Source of the DNA: Podarcis muralis
Lineage: Eukaryota
DNA length: 64,000 bases
Assembly (NCBI RefSeq): GCF_964188315.1
Contig: NC_135667.1
Span: 20,212,001-20,276,000, forward strand
Direction: 5' to 3'
Part shown: piece by piece, positions 1 through 12,575 of the stretch
Layout: each line of letters starts with the position of its first letter
Position numbering within the stretch: position 1 is the stretch's first letter
Made by a program: the position numbers and the translations under genes
The notes under the pieces: generated by a model
Seen by the model: the letters and a program-made list of their open reading frames with translations, nothing else
Told to the model about the DNA's origin: nothing
The model's database searches: none

Positions 1-232
1 TACTGATATGAAGGAAAGGGCTTATCGGGAGAGAAAGGATCCCGTAAACAGGAATAGCGTGACGACCTCCCCGCTCCCAAGTAATATGCCTACTAGCAAT
101 GGATAGAAAAAACATCACCGGCATAAAAATCCAATACCCCCGACACCTCTAATATTTAAATGGGAAATCTAACGATGTCTTCTGTTTGTTCTTTTCTTAC
201 TTTCATTTGGTATACTCGTTCGTCTTAAAAAG

Positions 233-343
233 GGAGTGGAGGATGCTTTCTACACCCTGGTGCGAGAAATCCGAAAACACAAGGAAAAGATCAGCAATGG
301 GCGCAAGAAGAAATCTTCCAAAAGGAAGTGTATTATCCTCTGA
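233..343 (+). CDS. Terminal coding exon of a classical RAS GTPase, KRAS exon-4B-like ([36 protein letters not shown]); upstream exons lie left of the window
   Basis: Pyrimidine tract plus AG at 231-232. Phase-0 start exactly at the G151 boundary of RAS exon 4. [14 protein letters not shown] is the H/K/N-RAS signature, followed by a polybasic HVR, a CaaX box and TGA at 341-343. AATAAA at 826-831. Confidence 0.93.
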   Translation, partial: GVEDAFYTLVREIRKHKEKISNGRKKKSSKRKCIIL

Positions 344-899
344 AGAAGAGAGACTCTGTTGCACAGTTGGGAGTGCAAAACCCCCCTTTTTGAGTCTGGG
401 TATTTTCCCAAGCTGCAAGATAAATTCTGATGGCCATGCCCCTCACCCATTTTCAGCTGGAGGGCGAAGGTCGTTTTGAGTTCTTACTGTCAATTATTTT
501 ACTATTTTTAAAAACTGGGACGTTGCATCCAGTATGAGGATTTGTAACCACATTTGATGTTCTGTTGCTTCTTGCCCCTTCATTATTATTTTTTAAAAAG
601 ATCATCTTGTTTCTGGTCCTTAGGATTATAGAGGTCACTCCTAAGTGTGACCTGGTGTAGACTGATCCTGCAGGTTAGATGGAAGGGTTAGCACGAAGCC
701 AGTGTCTCAGTCAGAACCTTAGGGGCCTTTCTCATTTTTTGTAGCATTTTACCCACCTTGGTTCTCCATGAGACTGAAGAGGAAGCCACATAGACTTGGC
801 ACCATTGTCTTTTTGCTAGCAGAGGAATAAAGTTAACCTTGGACAGAAGGTGATCTGCTGAAGGTGGCAATGAGTAATGCCAAAAGAGAAAATGTGGAA

Positions 900-2460
900 A
901 GCCAAACCCTCTCCGTAGCTGAATATTTCACCCCACTATTAAAATAGATGGTGCTCAGTTATTTTTCTTCTGGGTGGTTGAAATTCTGTATTAAGTTGGT
1001 TTCTCTCTCTCTGGTTTTCATTTGGGCTGTTATAACTTCTGAGCAACAGCTCCCACTTTAAAATGAATGGGGAAATGTACTTTTGCTCAGCAAGTTTTAT
1101 AAAAAATGTGTGGTGATGGGGAGATATCAACAAGTTATGAGAGGTACTTTTAAATGGCTGTACAGCTTCCACCATCCAAAGGCAGTGGCACCTGTTTGTG
1201 AAAAAACAACTGTTGGAGATAGCTGAATATTTGCACCATAGAAGTGTCCTAAATTAACCTGCCTCTGTTGCTCTCCTTTACTAATTGGTTCTTGGGAGTA
1301 TAGCGATGTCGACTCTCTTTATAAACAGAAGGGAGGAATATGATCCAAAGGTCTCTTAATCATCCCTCTTTTTTTAGTCTCCTGCATAGTCCTGGGGTTG
1401 CTTGGATGGGTTGAAATATAGGTACTTAAATGCTGGCATGGAGAGAAAAGAGTCTGAATTTATTATCCTGTTAGTGTTTATAAGCCATCGAAATTACGTT
1501 CTGTCATTATTTGATCTTATTCTCTTCCCCCCATCCCACCCCAAAATCCCACCCTTGGAATCCTGTGTTGATTTGGTCTTTTTCCATGGTCCTGAGGATC
1601 TGTACAATAAATGCCACCACTTGGAATAAACCTGTGAATAAGCTACCTGATCTACAAGACCTGACTTTTTCTAAAGGGTATGTGTGGTAGATTTATGGTA
1701 GTTTTCTGGTTATCTTTCTTGGAACAGATTGTTTTGGGAAACTGCAAAACATGTGGAGGCTTTCAAGGAAATTGTAGTTGTCTGTTCACAATGGTGCTAG
1801 AATCAGCAAAGCCTTCTATCAGAATATGGTACCTTTCAGCCAGGAGTTGCCTTTGTTTAGCTCAACTCCCTATTTTGTGGATTTTCTCCCCCACCCTCAT
1901 GTGCTTCTCAAGAACATGTACCTATTTGGGTTGCATCTATCTAGTTCTGTTCTTATTGTTTCCATCCAACTTTTTTGAACGTGATTTTTTTCAACAGAAA
2001 TCCTGCAGATGTGGTAACTCTTCAAGAAGTGTGATAAGGCATGCTTGTTGAAACAGCCCACCGGGACCTCAGGTTGTGTTTTCATAACCAGCTCCTAATT
2101 TATTTTACAAGTTACCTGCTATTCAGTTGCTGTTGTTCTCTTCTCAATGTTTTTCTTCCCTTTTGACTTAATATGAGTATCACTGGAAACATATGACAAA
2201 AGAAAACCAGACTGTTATCTCTGTAACTGGCCTTCTAGATACTCCAGTACCTATTTCAGGGATAGTTGGGGTAGGGGCACAGCTTTTCAAGCAAAAATAT
2301 TTTTGTAGTGTAGATGAAATTGTTCCTTGCTTAATTTTTTTTGAAGTGATGGATGCTGCCTCTGAAAGGAATTTACTTAGTTTGGACGGACACCCCCCCC
2401 CCCCCCCCCCGTGGTCTTAACCATACTGGACCCCTTTTATAATATGTTTTGCTACTGTTC
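900..2460 (-). mobile_element. Degenerate L1-like LINE remnant (endonuclease region)
   Basis: Broken minus-strand frames give KRVDIAILP (like ADIxxLQETH) and YNSPNENQ (like YAPN). Many stops; boundaries approximate. Confidence 0.45.
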
Positions 2461-3449
2461 TTCTCTCTGTGATGGAAGGGGGTGGAGAGAGGCTTTAGAT
2501 AAGAAGCTTCCAAGCTCTATAATTTCTGGACTAATTTCTGGTCTTGAAGCTTACTGACTCCTGCAAAAGTAGCAAGGGGTGAAGCTTGGGTGTATGTATC
2601 AATCAAACACCCCTCCTGCTGATTGTCCCTTCCCTATCTGGCAAATGCTAATTTGGGGAAATCATGTGTTTGCTGCATCATTTGTAGTTCAAATCTGCAG
2701 CAGCTGCAAAATAATTGCAATGGTCAGGGTAAGGCAAGCCTAGGGTGAGCTAATTCCTGAGGGTAAGCACTCCTTAGAAGGCTAACAAATGGATAGGAAT
2801 ATGACTCGAGGCTGCAGAGGAGAGGGCCAGGCGCATCATGAATGGGAGACACTGCATAGCTATTCATGCCATCCTTACAACAAGGAGGGCTACATTTTAG
2901 AAGGGATTTGAGATTTTCAGAAATTCAAAGATTCTCAGGATGCACGGTAAAAGCATTCCATGCCTGTGCAGATTCCTCCTAACACACCTTCAAAATTATT
3001 TGTGGGCCTAATACAGTGGTTAAATGGGCCTGTTCTTGAAATCAGCCCTGTTGCCTTTAGCCAAACTCCTGACCTGCACTTTTGTTTATATGAAAGAAGA
3101 CCTTTTGTTTTTCCTGAACGTGATTTTTATTAGGCTGAAAAGGCTTCTCTTAAAGATGCCTAAAAATGCAACATTTGAAAATGGACAATAGTCTACTTTT
3201 TTTCACAAGTCACAAAAATACTGGAATGTTAGATCCCGGTTAACAGAGTGTTTATCATTAGGTGGGAGCAATCAGCTGTCTGAATGTCCCACAGACTTGG
3301 CAAAAAAAAATGTGAATATTGTGTCCACATGAAGATTAAACTTAAAAGTGGTTCACTCCATTTATTTTTTACAGGTTCTTTTATCTGTCTTGCATCAGGA
3401 CTTCTTAGCAGCTTCCTTTTCTCTCCACAAGCTAGGAAAGGGAATGGTG

Positions 3450-3645
3450 TTAGGTAGGTGGTGGCTGTAGGTACTGCAGTTGCAACTGAGGCCAAGAGCA
3501 TCCCTTGGATTCAGCCCAGTCAGGTTGTTGGTTGAACGGTAGCACTAAGAAGGAGACTGCAAGCAGTGCAATGAATGCAGGGAGCCCTAGAAGAACCAGA
3601 TTCCAAAGGATGTGCAGTAAGAGGCAGCTGGATGAGACAAGAAAC
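3450..3645 (-). CDS. KASH5: KASH5 terminal exon: TM plus KASH peptide (...ILWNLVLLGLPAFIALLAVSFLVLPFNQQPDWAESKGCSWPQLQLQYLQPPPT*)
   Basis: WPQLQLQYLQPPPT matches mammalian WPHLQLCYLQPPPV. Phase-2 acceptor at 3645 (alternative in-frame acceptor at 3627). TAA at 3450-3452. Confidence 0.92.
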
Positions 3646-4439
3646 CTGTGTGGAGAGAGGACATTGTGCTGTTCTTATTCCTGTGGGATAATTTCATCCC
3701 ACCAACTTCAACAAACCCGTTCCAAGTTAACAAGTTTTGGAGGGGGTGGTGATAAGGAGACAAAAGCAAAGAGGAGAAACAGCCATTGGGGAGAGTTGGG
3801 AAAGTTGATGGAAGCAGTTGTGGTTTTCAGATAAGGCAGCAGAATCTCCAAAGAACAGCAAGGTGGAGCAGGGTGTGCAACACTGAACCACCCTGCCACT
3901 TTGTATTGTAGACTGCACCTATTTTACTGTGGCCACCTGGGGACAGGATAGTAAAAAGTGTGAAACACTAATACTGCCAGGAATATAAGAACAATTATGT
4001 GCAGCTTTCTCTCTGCGGGAGACCATGCAGTGTTTATGTGAGGGCCACTGGAGGGTGTTCCCCACCTGGACGTGTCTTGTTTTACCATCACTGGTGGGGG
4101 GGGGACAAAGACACCAGAACAAGTTGTGAGGATCCACCCACTATGACCTCACCCTTGCTTGGACCATGCATAACAGGAGCAAAGGGGGAGGAACTCCCCC
4201 TGCCAAGGGAAGTTGTGGAGACCAAGCAGCAAACTTCAGCACTGGACAGGAGGTGTCAAGTACTGCAGCCCATGTTGGTATAGTTGCCTTCTTGTGTTGT
4301 CAGTTACTGAGATTCTTGTTAGGAAGTAGGTAGTGCATTTCATTTCTCCATGTATTTTTAGAGACAAGTTCAAAAAGCTATGTCACTTAGTGACAGAAGT
4401 TTGGCAGGCCATTGGACAACTACCACTGAGCCCCCAAGT

Positions 4440-4639
4440 CAGAGATTTCCAAACCGAGTTGCGACACATTTAGTGTGTCGGCTGCAATGTGCAGGTGTGT
4501 TGCGTGAACGCTCCCCACACTCCTCCAGGGCTGGAAAGGGGTTAGTTTAACTTCTGGTTTGCTAGTAAAACTGAATGACTGTGTTGCGAAATGATGCATG
4601 ACTTTAAAAGTGTGTCACCAACAAGTTTGGAAAGCTCTG
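4440..4639. mobile_element. hAT-like MITE
   Basis: TIRs cagagatttccaaac / gtttggaaagctctg. Imperfect 8-bp TSD ccccaagt / ccctaagc. Confidence 0.6.
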
Positions 4640-6516
4640 CCCTAAGCCATGCTGCTGGGGAAGTCTGCCAGTATCAAAAGCGTCCCAGGAGGAAGTCTGC
4701 TACCCCAGAGAATAGAACAGTGGCTAAGTCACAGAGTTTGATGGAGCTGGTGTTGAGCAGATAGTCTATGGCTTGGAGACCCCAGGTCTCAATGCCATCT
4801 GCCACTCCAGAGCTTTCCCCCAAAGAGCTCACAGGCATGAGGCTCTAGTACTTCATTCCTAAAGACTGGGGTGGCAGAAGTCAATAAGACGGCCATCTTC
4901 TGGACAGACAAGGCATAAACTCTGCCTGCCCAGTAGAAGTTTACTCCCACCAGAGGAACACTTTCTAAATAATTAGATTTTCTGAATCAAAGGCTAGAAG
5001 GGAAGCAAAAAGGAGTGGCCAAGATGTGCTTGGGAACTGAGTAGATTAAATGTGTACTAAGAAGAATGGGAAAACTTAACAAAAGTTAGAGCAGATAAAT
5101 ACCCCACACCACTTGGATGGATTCAGACTCTGGTTTATAAATTTTTAAATAAATTAGAATACAGGCTTTTTTTCTACTCCAGCTGTGTGCAGTGAGGAAT
5201 CCCAAAGTGACACTACTGCAGGACTCAAGAGAGAAATGAGCAGGAACCTGGATGTGTGCATGGAGCTGGAGTGCATGTTAACCTATCTAGCTTTGGATGT
5301 TACCCAAGTGGGACTGTGCAGATTTAGAGCGCATATTGGGACTGTCCAGAGAACATGAAGAAGGGTGAATGGGCCAGCTGCACACTTTGTGTCCCTTAAT
5401 TTCTATACCAACAGGCAACTACAGTATAGCAACCAACTGCCTGGGAACCCTTAGTCCTAAATTCAAATATGTGGGGCTAAGCATGGTTACTCAGTAGTGG
5501 AGGAAAGGCACCCTACTTGGGTCTAAAAGTGATCCCCTTTTTAGTATTCACAACACCCACAGTGTATGTGGTCACAATACACTGACAGTGTCTTCTGCAG
5601 CTGAATTCTAGCTCTGCGTCAATCTAGACAGCAGCTGTAAGAAATCTGCTAAAGGTGAGGGATGGACATGGGAAGGAAGGGAATCTACTTAAAGGTGAAA
5701 TGCTCTATATGGCCACATAACCCGATATGGCAGGAAAGTTTTTCCACAGCATAAATCTTACAAAGGAGTTCAAACAGTGAGGCACAAATCACATTCTTGT
5801 CAAAACTGTCTGTGACAACTGCAGTAGTTCCTGACCTTTGAAGCAGGATTTCAAACAAGTTTTCATCTGACTTCTCCCTAACAGTTGGGATTAGCTCGCC
5901 ACACACTGGGACTAAGGCTTGTTCCTGAGAGGCTGTTGCAGAATCTCTGAAGAGCCAAGCACATTAAAACACCTCATATGTCAAAATACTTCATTTGGAA
6001 CATTTGTTTCCAGTCATTTGTTGAACCACAGAAGCATATGCATAAGTTTAATAATTCATCTCATCCTGAACATGGTGCTTTAATTTGATTTCACCACTAT
6101 GCATCTGGTATTAACAGCAACTGTACACTGGAGAGGATTACAGTCAGGGATTTGGGCAGCAAGGCATATTCTTTCTATTTTTCCTTACAATTAGGGCTAA
6201 TCCAGGAACAGGCTTGTGCCTATATCCCAGCTTCAGACCGTCCTTGAAACAGTGCAAGAAACCAACTGTTCCTGGAGCATATGCTATATAAGTCATTTTC
6301 AGTTTCATATTACTTTCTAGACTGACCTATTTGAAATTGATTCTTTAAACCTTCTGTGTGGGAGATTGTAATCATGTTTCTAATCAGCAAAACATGATTA
6401 CAAAGTGTAGTATGATACAGTGCCCTCCTAAAAACAAGCTGTTTGTTGCTCATCCATTGTACTTCAAGTAGACCACCTCATCTTGCCTTATGGTAGGGGC
6501 CAACATGCACACTTAC

Positions 6517-6544
6517 GATTCTGCTGAGCTGAGCGGTGTGGTTT
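6517..6544 (-). CDS. KASH5: Probable KASH5 28-nt exon (E-TTPLSSAE-S)
   Basis: Strong ctttccag acceptor and gtaagt donor. Phase 1 to 2 fits the terminal exon. Confidence 0.6.
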
Positions 6545-8189
6545 CTGGAAAGGTAGAATACACAGCCTTGGGGAAAACAAAATTAATTGGTATGATGAAT
6601 ATGTTTTTTAATGCAAATTAAACAAATTATACCTACATACTAGCCTTCTTATTATTTCTCTCCTGTCTGAGAGTCTGTTACTTTGCAGTGCGTTTGATAC
6701 ACCAAATGACTCCTCATGAAATTTGAAAGTTTTAATTCTTCACAATGCTTTTAAGAAATATGTTCCACAAAGCAATTCAAAAAGGAACAAAATCCTGCCA
6801 GAACAGCAGGTACAAATGCTGTACCTAGTCTATGTGCAACCTTCCCCCGCCCCCAACAATTTTACACAGCCTTGAACATGTTTTTCACAGTATGCAAAGT
6901 TGTCATGCAATTGCAACACATCACATGCTCTGTAGGTAACTATGTAGATGAAATCAAACTCTTTGAGAATGTTAACGAACATTCATAAGGAAAGTTGTCA
7001 TGGAAAAGAAAGGCTTCTTTAGCAAACATATCACCTGAAGTGCATTTCCTATCCTTATCCCTAAAACAGACTTCTTATAAAATGTAAGTAATTTGCAGTT
7101 GTAAGTAACATTCCAGTTATATCCAGGATCACTTCCAGTATCTTACAATTTCTTGCTCTTTATCTTTCAGTAGTGGTGGGGAGCCTGTGGCCCTGTAGTT
7201 GTTAGTGGACTTCAGCTCCCATAATCTCTTACTCGCTAGGGCTGATGGGAGTTTGGGGTCCAGCAACTCTAGAGGGCCACGAGTTCCCCATTCCTGCCCT
7301 GCAGCTTCTTCCTTGGTTCTTTCATCCTGCTTCCCCCTTTGGCCCTCCATATGTTTTGGGATTACAACTCCCATGATCCCTAGCTAACAGGACCAGTGGT
7401 CAGGGATGATGGGAATTGTAGTCTCAAAACATCTGGAGGGCCGAGTTTGCCCATGCCTGTACTACAGCTTAGTCCCCAAACCCAAATGGTAGGTACAATC
7501 TCTTCCCATTGCTACTTTTGAAAGAGATTTATTTTGAATCCTTTGGCCATCTTATGCCTGTTTCAGAACTGAGTGCTAATATTTTTCTAGGACTGTTGTA
7601 CTTCCTGTTTCAGGGGAGGTCAATAACCCCCATGAGGACCAGAAGAGTGCTGCAAGGAGTGCAGAGGAAAAAAACGCCATGCTGCACCTGTAGAAGCAAA
7701 ACCAAATGCCTTCATCTACCTCAACAGCAGTAAAATACGTCTCTCCCTTCTCTACAACCACAGCTGGCGCTGTAACTCTCCAAAGGTTTGACTTTACCCC
7801 CAAAGCCACACTCTTCCATTGTCTCCCGAGACAGAAAGATGCCAGCAATAAGGGGGAACCTCTCTGTATATGTATAGAAAACTAACATTTCTAATGGAAA
7901 GCACTGAACACTTTTCACTGGCATGTCAGCATTCCATGTGCAGGTTTTTTTAAAAAAAATATACAATCCCTCCTCCACACATCACACACACCTGCTGCCT
8001 AAAGCAGGACAGTCTTGAGCAAGTATTATTATTGACTTATTTAAGGTATAAACTGGCCATTTTTTTCCTTTTTAAAGAGGTGCCTTCACCGCAGAAAAAT
8101 GATGAAGATAAGTTGGCATCACCAAGAATGTACACCAATGCTTTTCAGAGGTTCCACAAAAATATGGGAGAAAGGAGTGACTGCTTCTG

Positions 8190-8560
8190 CCTTGTTGTTG
8201 TTGGCATCCATCTGTCTCAAGAGACAATGGAGTGTGCCTTCAGGGGTGAAGTCAAGCCACTACATTAGCAGCAACAAAGTGACCTCCCCGGGGCACAAGC
8301 CTGGGCTGTGTATAGAGGCCCTGGGCTACTCAAACAACAAGACCCCCCTCTCAGACTTGTTGATGTAGTCCAAAGGAAAGCAGTGCAATACGTTTGGCAC
8401 CAGCTTGACTGCAGGAGTTGCCAGAAGGAGGCATACAAAGTGCTGTCCAACCATCTTTGGAACCAAAAGGTTGGTAATCCACAAGGCAGTGTAGCTGACA
8501 CCTATCTCTTTCATTGGAGGAGTATGGTTTCTTGGCATACGTGTACTTTCAGCTGCCTCA
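8190..8560 (+). repeat. Interspersed repeat, family not assigned; another copy at about 51845-52135 and an inverted partial head at about 7790-7860
   Basis: Clear similarity between copies (gtccaaaggaaagcag...ctgcaggagttgc...ccaaccatct). Confidence 0.6.
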
Positions 8561-8944
8561 TTCCAAGGACAGAACAACCCAATGATGGAGGCTGTTTCCA
8601 CAAAATGAAGGGAAAATAGAAGGGTATCTAGTTCCATCAACTATAAACAGAGGAAGGAAAGAGTCTTCCTACTGATGTGAATCTTTGGCCTTCTTCAGCA
8701 TCATTCAGAAAAGGAAAATCTGCTTCTGAGTTTTCTTTTAACTAAAATCCAGTACAATCAAACAAATGTTGAGATGATGGAGTCAGGTGGTGGCTGTTAC
8801 GGTAAGCAAGCCCCATTTGCAGTAAATAACCCAACATGGCAAGTACCGGTAATTGTGATTTTTGTATAAAAGGCACTAGACTCAGATAAAGGTTTTTCTT
8901 CTTCTTTGTTTGATCCTTTTCTCATCTAATAGAAAAGCAATTAC

Positions 8945-9006
8945 CTTTCAACAAGGTACAAGCTCCCGTATTTGCACTTGGGTAGATGGAAAAACAACTC
9001 TTTGGC
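8945..9006 (-). CDS. KASH5: Tentative KASH5 linker exon (62 nt)
   Basis: ttaccctttcctag acceptor and gtaatt donor. Open in phase 2 to 1, consistent with flanking candidates. No recognisable homology. Confidence 0.45.
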
Positions 9007-9169
9007 CTAGGAAAGGGTAATTTGCAAATACAATGTGGTTGAGACACATTATCTCTTTGTAAAGAAGGAATTTTTCATTAGTCTAAATAGAATGACGAGA
9101 GGCTGTCCACTCTTTCTTTTTGTTCATCTTAGCTTTAGGACCATTAGTTATATGCCTTAAAACACCAGA

Positions 9170-9600
9170 CATCAAGGGAGTCCAAACTGGAAAACAAAAC
9201 TATATGATTGGACTCTTCACTGATGATTTAATGATTATGACACCTGAACATGGGAGCAGCAAGACTTCAAGAGCTTAGCAACTTCACAATACTATCAGGC
9301 CTGCGGGTTAACTTCTCAAAATCTGAAGCTTTATGCTTCAATGTACCACCCAGCATCCAAAATTCATCCACAGAACTCACAGGCATTAGACTGTCACACG
9401 AAGCTAATATAGTTAGGAATAAGTATAACAAGAAACCTTAACAGACTCTATTCACAAAACTATCCCCCTGTATGGTGGACAATTCTTTAAACTGGGGGGG
9501 GGGTTGGTATTTTTCTATGTTAGGGGAAGAGGAGAACTTTGGAAGGAACTTAGAATGGCGTGTTTTAAAGGTCTAACAGCCATGCTTTACCTTGCTGGAT
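9170..9600 (+). mobile_element. Degenerate L1 reverse transcriptase fragment
   Basis: LFTDDLMI (YADD-like) and FTILSGLRVNFSKSEAL, typical of L1 RT. Confidence 0.6.
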
Positions 9601-9637
9601 ATTTTGTGCTTTTAAATCTCTGCTGGGGTTATCTCAC

Positions 9638-9764
9638 CAGAGTACTTGCCCCAAACCTGGATGTTGGCATCCAGGGAATTCTCCTCTTCTATACCTATTT
9701 TTTTTCCTTGCCACCAACAAGATCATCTGAGCTTTGATCTCCCTGCTGGGATGCTGATGATAGG
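9638..9764 (-). CDS. KASH5: Tentative KASH5 linker exon (127 nt)
   Basis: tttatttacccag acceptor and gtgaga donor. Only phase 1 to 2 is stop-free. Confidence 0.45.
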
Positions 9765-10020
9765 CTGGGTAAATAAAGTATGCTATGTGCTTCATTATTA
9801 TTTGTGGTAAGATGGGTGACACAATTGATTCTAACTATTAACTGAAAGCAATACTGGATTCCTGCTTTCTGCCACTGATCTGTATATTGTTTCAAAGCCT
9901 GTTTCCAACCGTGTGTAGCTGGACAGAGATTAGAATATTGGTGCCCTCCAATTCCAGACCTTCTTTATCTCTGATCACGTTCAAAATGATTTCTTTAGCT
10001 GAAAGATGTGAAAATTTTAC

Positions 10021-10050
10021 CAAGATGTCTCTCAGTCTGTTGTTGTTGGA
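10021..10050 (-). CDS. KASH5: Tentative KASH5 30-nt exon (QQQQTERHL in phase 1)
   Basis: tttgtag acceptor and gtaaaa donor; symmetric phase. Confidence 0.35.
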
Positions 10051-12575
10051 CTACAAACTAGCACCAGAGTGATAAGCATTGTCAGTGTCAGTAATGGCAG
10101 GCAGGCATTATTTGATTAATCAATATAAAATGAAGGATTTAGTATCAGACATTTCTGAGTCTCTTCCAAGCCTCTTATTTTAACATTAAAATGGTGCAAA
10201 GCATTGTCTGACATTTACAAAGCTGGATATCTTTAGCTCAGTCAGACAGCTTTTAAATTCTTTTATAATGCTTAATTCCCATTTTAGTTGTTTCATTTGC
10301 TATTGCAGCAACATCCAATATTGTGATTCTGTCTAATCCAATGAAGTTTCTATAGGTTTTAAGGCTAATTTCTACTCTTCCTGTAGATCATGTTTAAAAT
10401 CTTGCTTCAGTTTGTCAAGAAGTTAGCTCTAGTAGCATAAAACTTTCCATTGCCTTGTCCTTTTTGACAGTTTAGCTGTCTTGGCTGCCATCATGAGCTT
10501 CTCCTCTTCTCCTGAAAGCTCCACAACCAGGATCAGATCTTTCCATTAAATGTAAGATCAGATATATTTTTGCCTTTAAATTCTTTCCTTTTGCTACATC
10601 TCCCTTATCGGCATTCACAGTATCACTGATTTTTTTAGTTTAAACAGGAATAAGAGCCTGATTTATGGCAACAATGGTCAGAGATAAAGATTTATGCAAC
10701 CAATTTTGATTGGTGACATCCAGTGCTATTTTTCGAGGGGGGAAAGTTGCCAGAACTCACCATGAATGCCTCTTTTGTTCTCTTATAATGGCGTTGGCAC
10801 CTCCCTGAGAGGTACCGGAACAGAGTTCCAGTGAGTTCCAGCTGAACTTCCAGACTTTGGTGATAAGAAATGTGACTGAAAATGCACTGGAAAGTGCATA
10901 ACACTTGCTTGACACAATGTTGTCTAATCCCCCTGCAAACTAATTCAGGGAGGCAAATGGTTTTCAGGATTTTTGTCAGAATCCTGAAAACTGTTCCTTG
11001 AAAATGTACCTTTATTGAGATCCCGAACTGCAGCCTCAAGGAAGCCCAGAAAATGCTGTCTGTGGACCTTTACATGTAAATAAGCATTTCCAGACAAACT
11101 ATCATAATCTCCAGAACAGTATTATTCAAAATAGTACCAGCTTTCTTAGATACTGAGCAGCTAATGTCTTTTTGTTAGTATTCATACTAAACTTCCCTAC
11201 TGCTAATCATGTCCCTGTTAGCTCCACTGGTGCCTGTTTTGTAATTGAACACAGACTGTGTAGTCTGTGCATCCCACAGGAAACCTAATGGGCTTTTCAT
11301 TTTTCTGGTGCCAATGCCGGAGTCCCACTTTCCCTTGAAAATCAGGCTGATGGGCCATATGTCTCTCCAAACTTTCAGTGTTGGCTTTGCTTCTGTGACT
11401 TGCCATGGTACAAACATCCATTTAAACTGTCAGCATCTGGCTCATATATGACTATGGAGGTAGGAGAAAAGGCTCCTCTTCACTACAACATGACAAACAA
11501 CATCTTCCCTTCAATCAACTGGATAGCAAATGCTCTTTAAATAGGAGGAGGAGATTAATACTGTAAACAGTGTGCTTGCCTTGTGCAGTTTGCCATCTTC
11601 CAGCTCCTACATCTAATGTGACTTTCTTTCCCCCCCCCCACATTCATGTCCACTAGTATATGCCCAAGTTAACAGGGGTCTTTTTCAAGATGCAAGGACA
11701 GGGCACGCTTTATCAACACCCACCCATACAGTCCTCAGTTCCTCCCCTCCAATTGCCAACAAAATGCTACTGCAGCTTGCATAATAAAGAAACAGCTTGA
11801 TTTCACAAAACCCCTTTAACAAATAGGGCAAGCGAGAGCACAACTGACTCCACCCCAAAGGCATTAGCCACAATGTCCAATTCATAAGATTTCTGGTCAT
11901 ACACTCTTCTTAAACTGAGCAGGGGACTTGTTCATATTTTCAGCACCATAACTCTACACCTACACAAATTCCTACATGTTTACAGCAACAAAAAGGCAAC
12001 AAGTCCCATCCACACTTTGATGTGACAGCAAATGCATGTCTACCAGTTGGAAGCCACAGTATTCTTGGTGCTTTTGCTTGTGTTGTATTCCAATTTGTAG
12101 ACAGAGAGAAACAGAACAGTGGGAGGCTGCTGGGATAATGAGTCACACCACACATTGGGTCCTTAGTATTAAAATATATCTTGGCAGGCCTCAAAACTGG
12201 AGTTCAGAGAAAAGTTACCAAGGTAATGAAAGATAAGACTATGGATCATGCTCTGTTTTCTAGAAAAAGAAATATATACAGCACCTGGCCCAACAACACA
12301 AAATTTGAGCTAGCTCCAGATATCAGTAGGTAAAAAGTTATTTTGAGAAAATTAGAGGTGTGCTATGGGATGGGGTGGTCAGATCAGTTTTTGAGATGAT
12401 TTTCCATTTTTGAAACGGGGGTCAAAGCTTAAAGTGTTGCTTGGTGTGAAGTCAATCTAGTTTCGATATTACTAACAGCATACTGGTAGCTTTAATTCAG
12501 CAGACATGTTCTCTGGAATTAAAGGAAGAAAACTTTGTCGTTATTTTTCTTACCACTTGTGAATTCCACACTTAC

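Noticed and set aside
186-479. Track ORFs 186-479 (+), 203-418 (-) and 250-450 (-), first read as an L1 fragment because of KKGGFALP
   Set aside because: The real signal is the RAS exon in another plus frame (233-343); the resemblance to L1 is coincidental.
3708-3945. Strong acceptor near 3935 and an ORF containing WLFLLFAFVSLSPPPP as a possible KASH tail
   Set aside because: The true TM and KASH peptide are at 3450-3645; frames here stop early.
4230-4300. Minus-strand LQYLTPPVQC resembling a KASH end
   Set aside because: No TM upstream and it does not end at PPPx; chance match.
3000-9000. Search for PTH2 (mammalian neighbour of KASH5) on the plus strand
   Set aside because: No TIP39-like motif (DDAAFRE...WLNSYM) was seen in any frame I read.
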